This document shows, in pieces, positions 50,990 through 63,505 of a DNA stretch of 64,000 nt. Where the stretch lies: NCBI RefSeq assembly GCF_001194135.2, contig NC_068995.1, positions 33,130,014-33,194,013 on the forward strand. The letters run 5' to 3'. A program made the position numbers and the translations under genes. The DNA is from Octopus bimaculoides (lineage: Eukaryota). The notes beneath the pieces are model-generated. The model ran no database searches, was not told the origin of the DNA, and worked only from the letters and a program-made list of their open reading frames with translations. Within the stretch, counting starts at the first letter, position 1, and each line of letters starts with the position of its first letter.

Positions 50990-51490
50990 GCATTGACAGT
51001 GAAAGAAGAAACTTGACTGAATATTTGGTAAACAACAAACAAGATCAGCTGTAGGACACGGCTTTTGCAGAAAGATTTACCAACAATGAGACTGGGAGTT
51101 CTAATGAATTTTACTCCTGAATAGCCAACAACAGAGAAGAAACACTACTCCACATGGAATTACACAGCCAGTTCCACTGCAAAACTAACAACATAAAAGA
51201 CCAGGAAGCATCATGGATGTTGCTCAGCAAAAGGTGGTGACCTTAAAAAGAACCCTAGAAGCCCGGTCATCACTACCCAGGATCAGGCATTGAAACCAAC
51301 TCAATGAAAAGTGATGTATACCATATAAGTGCAACAAACCTCTGCAATATGTGTGGGAAGAAGGTCAAAAGTGTATGTCACATCATTAGCACTTGTGAAA
51401 GTCTTGCACAGAAAAAGCCCAAGCGCAGACAAGACAAGGTAGCTCTGAACCTTTACTGGCTACTATGCTGGAAGTACGGATATGAGGTAA
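50990..51490 (+). mobile_element. R4/Dong-like LINE C-terminal fragment
   Basis: QDQALK..., CNMCGKKVKSVCHIISTCESLAQ...[15 protein letters not shown] (CCHC region of RLE-clade LINEs). Confidence 0.8.
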
Positions 51491-51501
51491 TGGAAGTTTA
51501 G

Positions 51502-51677
51502 ATTCGCAGGAATAAAATTTTTTGCATCCCCAAATATATTTGGAAATAATAAACTCAACTCAACCAATGCAAGTAATATTACAAGAAACCCTAACATATC
51601 CTTATAACTATGATAATGATGAAAAGGAATTTTATCTAAATCTCTATTTAATCGTATTGGATTATTTGAACCTCTGG
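51502..51677 (-). pseudogene. CYTB: Nuclear copy (NUMT) of mitochondrial cytochrome b
   Basis: Invertebrate mitochondrial code gives [61 protein letters not shown] occupies the conserved Ser of LNSD, and there are no stops. Confidence 0.92.
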
Positions 51678-51715
51678 AAAACACACACATACACACACAC
51701 ACTTATTATTATCAT

Positions 51716-51877
51716 TATTATTCAGGTCACTGCCTGGAATCGAACTAGGAATCTTGGGGTTAGTAGCCCGCGCTCTTAACCACTACGCCAAATACCCACA
51801 GGCATATGGCGTAGGTTAAGAGCGCGGGCTCCTAACTCCAGGCAGTGACCTGAATAATGATGATGATGATGATGATG

Positions 51878-51920
<43 letters not shown>

Positions 51921-52100
51921 CAATAACAACAACAACAACAACAACAACAACATTGAAAAATACCTTTGGAATGAGAACCCAGGTTCGAATTTTCCCCCAA
52001 GACACCTGATGAAGGCTGGAGAGTATATCAGCCGAAACGTGTTAACAACAAACAAGATGAGGACAAATATCCGTCAATTGTAAATAATGTAAATAATGAA
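51716..52100. mobile_element. Composite element: back-to-back tRNA-like heads + (GAT/AAT/AAC)n + Penelope-type tail with an HHR-like core
   Basis: ttcaggtcactgcctggaatcgaac...ccactacgcca (minus head) faces tggcgtaggttaagagcgcgggc...ccaggcagtgacctgaa (plus head, internally deleted). CTGATGA-A-GGCTG..CAGCC-GAAAC at 52006-52038. Confidence 0.75.
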
Positions 52101-52127
52101 CAATAACAATAATAATGATAATAATAA

Positions 52128-53005
52128 TACAAATACCTAGGGGTACTTGAAGGGAATGGAATCAGGCATTCAGTGATGAGGGAAAAGATCAGAAGAGAAT
52201 GTTATAGCAGGGTGAGAGCAATACTTAAGACAGAGCTGAATGCAAGAAACAGGATCGAAGCAATCAATGCTTTAGCCATACCAGTCATGACTTACAGTTT
52301 CAATATCATTCACTGGTCAATTACTGAAATATGTAATCTTTCAATATGATATCTGGCCTATTTGCATTTATCTTTCTGTCAGTTTGAATGGTGAAGTTCC
52401 AGAGGAGTGAGATATGATCATTTTCAAGCACTGGAGGTGGTTTGTGTTCCTACCAGTTTTTATCATGGGGCAAGTCCAGGTTTTTGCAAATTACCCAGTG
52501 AATATATTGTGCAGCTCTATCATGCTTGTTGAGATACTCTGTAGGCACAAGAATACTGCACATGGAGACAACATGATCGATAGTTTCATTTTGTTGTTGA
52601 CATACACGGCATGTTGGGAAGCTGCCGTTCTTTAATATGTTTGCCTGGTAGTTCCTTATAGGTAGGCATTGATCTTGGGCTGCTATGATAAACCCTTTTG
52701 TCTCAGATTTTAAGCCAGAAGCCATTAGCCATTGATGGGTAAGGGCTTTGTCAACATCGGCATTATTTGCTCTCTTTGGGTATTTGCCATTAAGAGGTTT
52801 TTCTTGCCATTTATCAGTTGGAATATCTAAGGCAGCAGTTTTAGTACAGGTTTTCAAGCGCTTAGCTTTTTCTGCACTTGTTTCTAGTATGTCTAATTCT
52901 GGAATTTGTTGTATTTGGAATTCACTTAGATATTTCTTTGCCCGTTTTATTACTGAGTATGAAGCTTTCTTGTTTTCATGTTTTGAGACAAATTTTAACA
53001 TTTCC
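52128..53005. mobile_element. R4/Dong-like LINE in two oppositely oriented pieces
   Basis: Plus strand 52128-~52335: YKYLGVLEGNGIRHSVMREKIRREC...IIHWSITEICNL. Minus strand 53005-~52330: KWQEKPLNGKY...CRVCQQQNETIDHVVSMC...LLWNFTIQTDRKINANRPDIILK. Confidence 0.9.
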
Positions 53006-53162
53006 CTGCACTAAGTACTTCTCTCAATCCTTCTTCAAAACATCACCCTTCTGGAATCTTCTCCCTACTCGTGTCTTTCCTGCAAATGTTGATCTACAGC
53101 AGTTTAAAGAGAACATTAACATCAACTTCATCAATTTCCGAGGCCCTGCAAAAAAAAAAAAA
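53005..53162 (+). mobile_element. CR1/L2-type LINE 3' end with an A tail
   Basis: TKYFSQSFFKTSPFWNLLPTRVFPANVDLQQFKENIN (S.F....WN.LP motif) followed by poly(A). Confidence 0.75.
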
Positions 53163-53208
53163 CTCACACATAAATACACATATACAATTGTATGTGTATG
53201 TGTGTGTG

Positions 53209-53249
<41 letters not shown>

Positions 53250-53299
53250 CTATATGCACAGTTAAACATGTAAATATAGTGTAAACAACATAATTTGTA

Positions 53300-53530
53300 T
53301 GTACATAAGTTGGTTTTAAATTTTGGCACAAGGCTATCGAGTTCAGGAGAAGTGGGTAAGTCAATTACTTTGATCCCAGTGTTCAAATGGCACTTATTTT
53401 ATCGACCATAAAAGAATGAAAGACAAAGTTGGCCTTGGTGGAATTTGAACTCAGAATGTAAAAGCATATGAAATACTGCTATGCATTTTGTCTGGCATAC
53501 TAATGATTCTGCCTGCTCGCTGCCTTATAT
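53300..53530 (-). mobile_element. SINE type B, CpG-decayed
   Basis: Homologous to 4731-4922 on the minus strand. Further copies at ~56655-56850 (+), 57280-57480 (-) and 58195-58400 (-). Confidence 0.85.
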
Positions 53531-54246
53531 ATGCACATATATTAAAATAAATCCTTTTCATTTTAACTTGATTTTCTATGTGGTGGGGTTGGATGAGTCC
53601 TCATGTTCTGAGTGAGTTCTTATTGTAGTTATTGCCCTCCAAGTTGGTCAGGAGACCACATCTCAATTGAATGTTTTAGTTTGGCAGAGTTTCTGCTGTT
53701 ATGTACTCTTCCTGACACAAACCCCTCTACAGAGTAAATTGGGTGTATTTTATTATGGCACCAGCACCAAAGAGGTTGTCATGTCAATAAGGCAACAAAA
53801 GCAGTCTATCACTTATGTTATCTCCACTTGTTCATCAACCACAGAGTGTGCTGGATGCATCTTCTCATAGCACCAGAATTTGTGAAGTTACTGTGTACCC
53901 TGCTCTATGTCATTCCGCTCTGTTCATTCAAAGCAAAGTGACTAATAGGAGAGAAGATGAACCAGGTTGAAAGAGGTGAGATTATGTCAATATGGAACAG
54001 ACTAAGAGAGTCGTAGTTAGCAGCACAGGAATTTGAAATGGAGAATGTTTTGGATCCAGTGTGGTTCCTCATTTCTCAGGTATCCTGAGAGGAGAGAGAG
54101 AAACACAAATGGCAAAACATGTTTGCTGGCAAGAAAGAGAGAGAGAGATTGGGGGGAGGAGAATAGAGTGTGTCAGATTCCATGCAATCCCTCTTTATTC
54201 AGGTATCATGATTGGAAAAAGACTAATAGCAGCTATATGTTTACTA

Positions 54247-54304
<58 letters not shown>

Positions 54305-55787
54305 GAGTGAGAGAGAGAGAAATGGGTAGCCATAGAAATTGTCAGATATTGCAATATTTGTCTTAATATCTGGACATAGAGATTATGTGGTTTGCAATAT
54401 ATTTAGGTGTTTAAGTGTGTGTGTATGTATACATACTTACATGTATGTATATGATCATTCTTTTATGAATGAGTGTGTACGTATATAATACATACATATG
54501 CATACATATATATATAGACATACATATATTCATACACATGTGTGTGTGTGTGTATGCAAGTGTGTGTATACATGCATACAGACACATAAATGTGTATGTA
54601 TGTGAATGATGTCTATGCCTATTTGATTTTCCCTTCATTTACTTTGAGAAACACTCAAACATTTATCTAATAAATCAAATATATTTTACTTTTATTATTT
54701 TGAATTACTTTTACTTTTACCATTTTTTATGTAGAATTATTATTTCATGTCTGAAGTGCCAAAAATAAGATGAAACACAGCCTTGTTGTTTTAAATTTGA
54801 AGCTTACTTGCAAATGGAAGCAAATAGAAAATGTTAATGTTTTTGTCAATTATCAAGGTGGCAGCTAGAATTTTAGAATACTGTTGTTAGACATGCCATG
54901 TGGGAGTTACTTTTAACTCTTTACATTTGGAGTTGAAATCACACCGAGCTTGACTTTACCTTTGCACTCCTTTGGGATCAATAAAATTGGTACCAATCAA
55001 GTAATGACATCGCCTAATTCAATTATACTCATTCTCCAACATTTATGGCCTTGTGCCAATGTAAGAAATTCTCATCAAGCTTCCAGTGTTAAGTTGATAT
55101 TTACCAGTCAACTAGAACTTTTTACCTTTTTAATTCACAGTTGGAAATCTTTCAGCTATTACTAATAGCAATATTATTTAGTCTTCAGTACTGTGTTATT
55201 GGACTGCTATTAGTAGCTGTCTAATTTTATATTTATGCCAGTGTAATATCTCTGCAGTTATAGATATGTGGAATCGTAATGTTTATTTACACATTTTATC
55301 ATAGAATATTTTGGCAGACATCCATAAATAAATAGAGGAGTTATTCTAGAAAGCCAGCTATTGAACGAAAAAAATGCAGAAATTACTTTCTCTTTGAATC
55401 TTGGAAATGTTTCTTGACTTAATTTTTATTTTGAGAGTGAAAATATTTGTTAAAATTGCAAATTCTTAACATTTACATAAAAAAAGTGAAAAGAAGAAAT
55501 AAAATAAAACCTAAATATTAGACAGAAACTATGTAGAATAACCCAATAGGCCAATTGTAAATCAAAGTGGAAAATAGAGCAGATCTCAACTAAAATATTT
55601 ATGAGTTAACATAGTGTTATTTATACTGTTTTGTCTCTGAAAATGGCACTAAAATTTAGTTGAAATTTAAACCAAAAACAGTTGAGAGGTCAACAATATT
55701 GGATTATGTGGGTAGCCAAGACACTTAACTCCCAATAATCCAGGTCAAGTTGCACTAAAACTCAATGGAATGTAATAGCCTCTCACA

Positions 55788-56595
55788 TCATCATCATCAT
55801 CATCATCATCATCGTTTAACGTCCGCTTTCCATGCTAGCATGGGTTGGACGATTTGACTGAGGACTGGTGAAACCGGATGGCAACACCAGGCTCCAGTCT
55901 GATTTGGCAGAGTTTCTACAGCTGGATGCCCTTCCTAACGCCAACCACTCAGAGAGTGTAGTGGGTGCTTTTACGTGTCACCTGCACGAAAACGGCCACG
56001 CTCGAAATGGTGTCTTTTATGTGCCACCCGCACAAGCCAGTCCAGGGGCNNNNNNNNNNNNNNNNNNNNNNNNNNNNNNNNNNNNNNNNNNNNNNNNNNN
56101 NNNNNNNNNNNNNNNNNNNNNNNNNNNNNNNNNNNNNNNNNNNNNNNNNNNNNNNNNNNNNNNNNNNNNNNNNNNNNNNNNNNNNNNNNNNNNNNNNNNN
56201 NNNNNNNNNNNNNNNNNNNNNNNNNNNNNNNNNNNNNNNNNNNNNNNNNNNNNNNNNNNNNNNNNNNNNNNNNNNNNNNNNNNNNNNNNNNNNNNNNNNN
56301 NNNNNNNNNNNNNNNNNNNNNNNNNNNNNNNNNNNNNNNNNNNNNNNNNNNNNNNNNNNNNNNNNNNNNNNNNNNNNNNNNNNNNTTTTCTCTCAAGATA
56401 CTTACACTCTGACGGGTATTCACATTGACATTACACATCCAACGGAGCATACTGGCTTCATTCCTTGCGAGCTTACGTATGTCCTCAGCAGTTACAGCCC
56501 ATGTTTCACTGCCATGTAGCATGGTTGTTCGTACGCATGCGTCATACAGTCTGCCTTTTACTCTGAGTGAGAGTCCCTTTGTCGCCAGCAGGGGT
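55788..56595 (-). mobile_element. RTE LINE 3' part spanning an assembly gap
   Basis: MLHGSETWAVTAEDIRKLARNEASMLRWMC before the gap; CpG-intact 3' UTR and (CAT)n after it. Confidence 0.9.
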
Positions 56596-57084
56596 TGTAA
56601 AATAATTATCAGTACTGTAGGCTTTACAAATGCTTTATTAATTATTAATTTAAAGGTAGCGAGCTGGCAGAATCGTTAGCATGCCGGGTGAAATGCTTAG
56701 CAGTATTTCGTCTGTCTTCATATTCTGAGTTCAAATGCCGCCAGGGTCGACTTTGCCTTTCATCCTCTCAGGGTCAATAAATTATGAACTAGTTACGCAC
56801 TGGGGTCAATGTAATCAACTTAATCCATTCTCCCAAATTTGAGGCCTTGTCAAGCTTAGGTCTTCTTGTACTGAGTGCTAAATTTAGTTTTGTATTCAAA
56901 TTTACTTTGTGCAATGTTAGCATTTCTTTTGCACAATTGTGACCTGGTCACTAACAGTGTTCCACTGTCACAGTTGCAGTGAAACTGGGTGAGTGACCAA
57001 TTGGTTGATTGTTAATCCAATGATTAGTCAAGCAGCTGATAAGTTAATTATTTAATTAGTTAATTAGCTGACTCTTCTTTTGTC

Positions 57085-57116
<32 letters not shown>

Positions 57117-58522
57117 TAAACTGAACTACTGCGATTGATTTTACCTTTCAACCTTTCAAGCCACCAAGGTCACTAAAGCAAGAAGAAGTTATCTACTAGG
57201 GTAAATTCAAACAGCTATAACTCCACTTTATAAAAATTTGCTAACTTTGTGACAATGCAAGAAACTGCTATTATTAGTTTCAAATTTTGGTACAAAGCCA
57301 GCAGTTTCAAGGAAGGGATAAGTTAATTACATAGACCCCAGTGTTCAACTGGTACTTATTTTATCAAACCCGAAAAGATGAAAGGCAAAGTCGATCTTGG
57401 CAGAATTTAAACTCAAAATATAAGGACATTGTCTTGCTCCTAAGCATTTTGCTTTGCATGCTAACAATTCTGCCAAGTGCTTTTACATCACCAAAGACTA
57501 AGTCTTGAAATTTATTTGTTATTTCTTTGAGCATGAAAATAGCCAAGTCTTCAAAGTTGATAGAGTTAAAAGCAAAAATTCCCTTGCCACAATATAAAGG
57601 GAACATTGCAACCAAGAGATGTCAATTGACACAACTTCTATACATTAAATTAGTTGCTGTTATTTATGGTACATTTAATTAGAAACTAAAGCCTCATGAA
57701 GAAGTGACCAAGAAGATGAATGAATCCAAGAATAAACGTGCCAGTTGCAGAGTGATTCTAAAGAGAAAGTCTATCAGTAATGACTTCTCTAATAAAGTCT
57801 GTTATAGAATTTAATGAAGCTCTAATTTGTAATTGGGAAGATCAATCATGATGATGACAATATTAAATGAACTTCATTACTTCTTGCAGCTCATTACCTG
57901 ATACTATTTATATTTCTTTCTTACTTTATTTAGCTTCCCCTCCTCCTCTCTTCCCTTTTTCTTTCCCTTTTTCTCTTTACATGAAGATACGCATTACATA
58001 TATATATAACAAAAGAAATTTTATGTATTCCAAACTGAATCTGAGTGAACCATTACCAGAGCTTCTTATTACTGATCTTCAGGTGATTGATGTTATAGTG
58101 AACAAAAATTTCTTATTTAGCCATTGGTTGGAATTGATCTGATCCTGCAGAAAACAACTAGACAAGAAGAACTGGTTCCACAAGAAAATTTTGATTTCAG
58201 ATTTTGACACAAGGTCAGAAATTTTGGGAGTGGAGTAAGTCGATTACATCAACTCCAGTGCTCTGCTGGTACTTATTTTATTGACCCCGAAAGGATGAAA
58301 GGCAAAGTCAATTTTGGTGGAATTTGAACTCAGAACATAAAGATATAAAATGCTGCTAAGTATTTTGTCCAGCATGATAATAATTCTGCCAGCTTGCTAC
58401 CTATTTTATAAGAAAATATCAAAGTTTATAACAAAGGCTCTACATCCGTCAATAAAATAAAACTCTGTATAATTGTTCTTTGAATCTATTTCTCAGAAAT
58501 ATTTTAAGAGAAATTCTATTAA

Positions 58523-59070
58523 CCTTTCGTTAGTCACCTGACCTTTCCGAATTTGGTTAGTCACATGGAGTGTTTACACACCCCAATACAAAAATATTTA
58601 TAGTTTTAGTATTATGTAAAATATAGTCATTCTATTGGTTCAGGATATATCTGCAGTCACTGCTGAGAAGTTTGAAACCCTTGTAGCTGATTGATATTAA
58701 TATAAAACAATACAATAAAATAAATCATAAAATTAAGAAAAACTAAAAAATCTTAGATTCACATCACATTTATTTTGAAAATACCCACAGAATACACCAT
58801 TTTGTGGAATATCTTAATATCTATGATGAATATTAGCATCAAAAAATAATATAACAGGCAATTTCCATTACAATATGAGTTGAATCAGAGCTTGAACTGT
58901 GTCAGTCACATGGGGTGCATAGACAAAAACGACATCTACCTCCCATAACAAGCAAGCCACAACTGTGCCACCCTCACTGAATCAGAAAAGTAGAGGAAGG
59001 TATAAAAGAAACAAAAACAAGATGCTAACTAGAAATTACAAGCATTTAAAAAAATGTGACTAACGAAGGG
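58523..59070. mobile_element. piggyBac-type MITE
   Basis: TTAA (58519-58522)-CCTTTCGTTAGTCAC ... GTGACTAACGAAGGG-TTAA (59071-59074). Confidence 0.8.
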
Positions 59071-59408
59071 TTAAGAAAGCAATAATGACCTTAGTAATGA
59101 TTTTATTAAGTAATTATTAGCTTGTATACAAACTAGTGAAAAGTAGGTGGATAAATGTAGGGATGCTTAATGAATTTGTTAGAGTATAAGTTAGATTTTG
59201 GATGTGTATTATTACTTGAGAAATAAATTGTCTCTATCTTATGCTAAATGGTTTTAGTTCAAGGGAAATTGGGTCAACCATGGGTCATCCAAACACTTCT
59301 TTTTTCATATTGTGCTGGTGTGGGTTTTGTACCCAGTGCACTTATACTGACACACATAAACACATATATACAAACATGTGCTCACACACACACATGTACT
59401 CATCCATA

Positions 59409-59440
<32 letters not shown>

Positions 59441-59499
59441 TGTATGTGTATGTATGTATATGTATATATGTGTGTGTGTATGTACATATATATGTGTGC

Positions 59500-59569
<70 letters not shown>

Positions 59570-61689
59570 ATTAAGAACCAACTCTAAAAACTCCTTAAGA
59601 TACTATGAAATTGCAATATTTTCAGCAATTTCCCAGCCATGGTTAGCAAAATGTGAAACTGGTAGACTATATAAATATTCTATCTTATAAAATATATAAA
59701 AAATATATAAATTGTGTGCATTTTCTTTCTTTTGCTATTTTTTTTTTACTATATGTGTGTGTATGTGAGTGTGTATTACAACATATATTTTTTAAATAAG
59801 AAGATGAGTTCAAAAGAAGTAAAGAAAAACTGAGTGTATTTGACTGATGCTCAGGAAAATTTGAAGAGGTCTTTAATGTTTCAAGCATATGGTTTTCTAT
59901 GAAAAGGATAGATGAGGAGGGGAAAAAATAGAGAGAAAAGAAAAAAGATGTCTCAATTAGATGGTCACCACCTGCTGAAATGACCAGAAAAGGAAGAAGT
60001 TGGCTTGAGTTGTAAGCAGAAAGAAAGACAACGTTGACCTGGCATGTGTGTATGTGTATGTGTATGAGTGTGCAAAGCTATCTGACATTTGTGTATGTCT
60101 GTATAAGGCTGTTTGATACGTGTGTGTGTGTGTATAATGCTATCAGACACATGTCTATGTGTATGAATGTGAGCAAGTGCTCACACCAGGTGTAGTAAAA
60201 AATGGTGAAACACTCATTGAAAAACTTTTTGGACAAAATAAAGGCATATGTTAGTTTTGATCGTAAGCTTCCCAGTAGAACTGAAAAACTACATTTGTGC
60301 TGCTCATGTCTAAGAGAATAATCAAGGAATGGCATTGCTTGAAACTGAGATGCAACTATCATACATAGTCATCTAAGAATCTATAAGTCAGAAAAAATAG
60401 ACACTAATATATTTGTTAATAAAGTGGGTATATTAATCAAAGTATGTGTATGAAGCTATTGTGTGCATGTATACAGTGTGCATTTTGTGTGCATGTATAA
60501 TGTATAGATCCATTTTGGCCGATCTTATTAATCAGTTTCACACTGGGTATTAGATAATAGGATAGTTAAGTAACACACTATGCTCTTCAGAGATTGCATG
60601 TATGGAAAAATATATGGCAACTGTTTTTTGTTATTGGAGATGAAAATGTCGTATTTGGTTTGCGCATGCTGTGTAAAATGAGAAAACAAAGTCAGTGAAA
60701 GTGAATGAACAAGGAACATATCAAGAGTACATCCCTTCCCAATCATTTACCTCTGGCAACTTCACATCAATGTTAAGGTAGTGGCAACACCACATGTCCT
60801 TTTAGCAGACACTGCAAGACAATGATACATGAAACAGGGATGATATCAAAGGTCTCTAAAATATAGTCAAATCTGCAAAAGTATGTAAGCATGAGACAAG
60901 GTACTTTCAGAACAACATTTAACAATCATAAGTCCTCCTTTAATATCCAAGGGAGACACGGTTTCATAGCCATAGCTAGACATATATGATCATTTAAGGA
61001 AAGTACTATGGGTTAAAACATCAAGTGGAAAATCTTGGAAAAGTACAAGTCTTATTTCACTAGTAGCAGAAAGTGCAGGCTGTACCTAGCTGAGACCATC
61101 TTCATAAGCTGTGAAACTGAGATTTTTAGCCCATGCCCACATGAGAGAAGATATGACCTTGCTGTGATTAAAAATGGTAGAACATCCACCATTGGTCCTT
61201 CTATCATCACACCCTGAGAGGCAACTGAAGTTTTGATCAAACCATACACACATACACATATGTAGTCTGACATGGAGTTAAAGGTTTGGACAACCACCCA
61301 ATCCCCTCTTCCAAAAACATCCCCGACACACATATCAACCCTGTACACATAACAACCACATCCCTAGACTAATATTAACCTACCATTCTCTTGGTGCATC
61401 ACAACCCATTCAGGTCTTTTTGGAAACCAATAACTCTTGATAAGTCCTTCACCAACCGTCTCCTGTGATTTCATTCTGTCTTTCTTACAGCACCCATAAG
61501 CCAGCTGTGACATTTCCTCACCTCCAGTAACAGAGATCAGTCACCATGTTTTTGCCTACCTGCCAACTCTGAAGAGTACAAATATTAGTTAACTGGACAG
61601 TTATCTAGTATTCTGTGCAAAACCAATGGATAAGATTGGCTATAATGGATCCATAATAATTATATACTTTGGTTAATATGTATATATAT

Positions 61690-62088
61690 CTCTTTTACTC
61701 TTTTACTTGTTTCAGTCATTTGACTGTGGCCATGCTGGAGCACCACCTTTAGTCAAACAAATCGATCCCAGGACTTATTCTTTGTAAGCCTAGTACTTAT
61801 TCTATCGGTCTCTTTTGCCAAACAGCTAAGTTACAGAAACGTAAACACACCAGCATCAGTTGTCAAGCGATGTTGGGGGGACAAACACAGACACACAAAC
61901 ATATACACACACACATACATATATGCGATGGGCTTCTTTCAGTTTCCATCTACCAAATCCACTCACAAGGCTTTGGTCGGCCCGAGGCTATAGTAGAAGA
62001 CACTTGCCGAAGGTGTCACGCAGTGAGACTGAACCCGGAACCATGTGGTTCATAAGCAAGCTACTTATCACACAGTCACTCCTATGCA
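61690..62088 (-). mobile_element. Full-length SINE type A
   Basis: Reverse complement of 20526-20970. Another tail fragment lies at ~63570-63755. Confidence 0.9.
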
Positions 62089-62153
62089 TATATCTGTCCG
62101 ATGAACGGGAACGTGAAACTCAGAGTAACGGTTTTTTTGTTATATTTCTGCTG

Positions 62154-62192
<39 letters not shown>

Positions 62193-62606
62193 CTCTCTCT
62201 CTCTCTCTCTGTTTCTGGAGAAGGATTGTCTCTGCCTGGTCTAAATAAACCTGAGGCATATTGTATATCTCATCAGTGCTGCTATGGCTCTATCAGGCAA
62301 TAAGGGTCCATGGCATTACATGGCAGTTTTTTAATACACTACCAAAAGAAATCTATAAGAATGTGTTAAAGGAAAAGAGGTGTATTAACTAGCATATAAA
62401 AAATGTATTATAGAAAATTAGGTTGATGAAATTTGTTGCAGAATCAAGTTCTTATTGTAAAATAGATAGTATTGGCAAATTTGGGGATTGTAAAAGTATG
62501 TATATTTGATTTATCCAATTGCTTCCTAAGTATATACAGAAGAAAAGAGACAAGGGGAGAAAGAGAGAAATGGGCAGAGAGAGAGAGAGAGAGAAAGAGT
62601 GAGTGC

Positions 62607-62653
<47 letters not shown>

Positions 62654-62919
62654 CGAGAGATAGGCTTTGATGTTATTCCTGTAAAGGGACAACTTTGAAG
62701 TTTGAGTCGAAGCTGGAAGTGTTTAAATATCTAAAGATGTTGGTCCAAACTTTACCAGAAACCAATTCTATCGATCTTTTTGGTTGTTTGATCATTTGTT
62801 TGTTCTAGCTCTGTTCATTGTCATGATTTTACACAGCATTTCAAAGAAAGGAAGGGAAAAACAGAAATAAGAGAGAGATATAGAAGAAATAAGAGTGAGT
62901 AAATGAGTAAATACGAGAA

Positions 62920-62999
62920 AGGGAGAGAGCAAGAGAGAGAGAGAGAGAGAGCAAGAGAAAGAGAGAGAGAGCAAGAGAAAGAGAGAGAGAGAGAGAGAG

Positions 63000-63034
<35 letters not shown>

Positions 63035-63075
63035 AAGAGAGAGAGAGAGAGAGCAAGAGAGAGAGAGAGAAAGCC
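62920..63075. repeat. Compound (AG)n with periodic GCAA interruptions
   Basis: gagagagcaagagagaga pattern. One of dozens of TA/CA/AG/GAT microsatellites in the window. Confidence 0.95.
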
Positions 63076-63453
63076 ACAGAGAGAGTGGAGGAAGAATAGG
63101 TAAAGCCAGGAAAAAGAGTGGATAAGGAATAAAGAAAGACAGACAAAAACATAGAAGAGAAAGGAAAACTGAAGAGGATGCAAAAACAATATATATAAAG
63201 TTGCACAAACACTCTTCTGAAGAAAATGTTCGGAGATTCTTGCTTACAGATATTCTGATAATATTTTTGTTTATTTGCTGTGTGTAGTATTACCTCATTA
63301 TGTACAATGTTTGCATAATATGCATTATAACATCAACCAATCACTGAATCCTTGAAACAGCTGTAAAGTATTATTTTCATATTGTAATATGCTTATGTAA
63401 TATCTCATACAGATGATTCCTTACATTCTATAATTGTTTGTCCAGCTTTTCTC

Positions 63454-63505
<52 letters not shown>

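Noticed and set aside
51716-51856. Functional tRNA genes (also SINE heads at 20526 and 46853)
   Set aside because: No complete cloverleaf or acceptor stem; they run into SINE bodies or microsatellites.
61035-61217. 60-aa ORF EKYKSYF...
   Set aside because: No homology recognised and no convincing splice sites.
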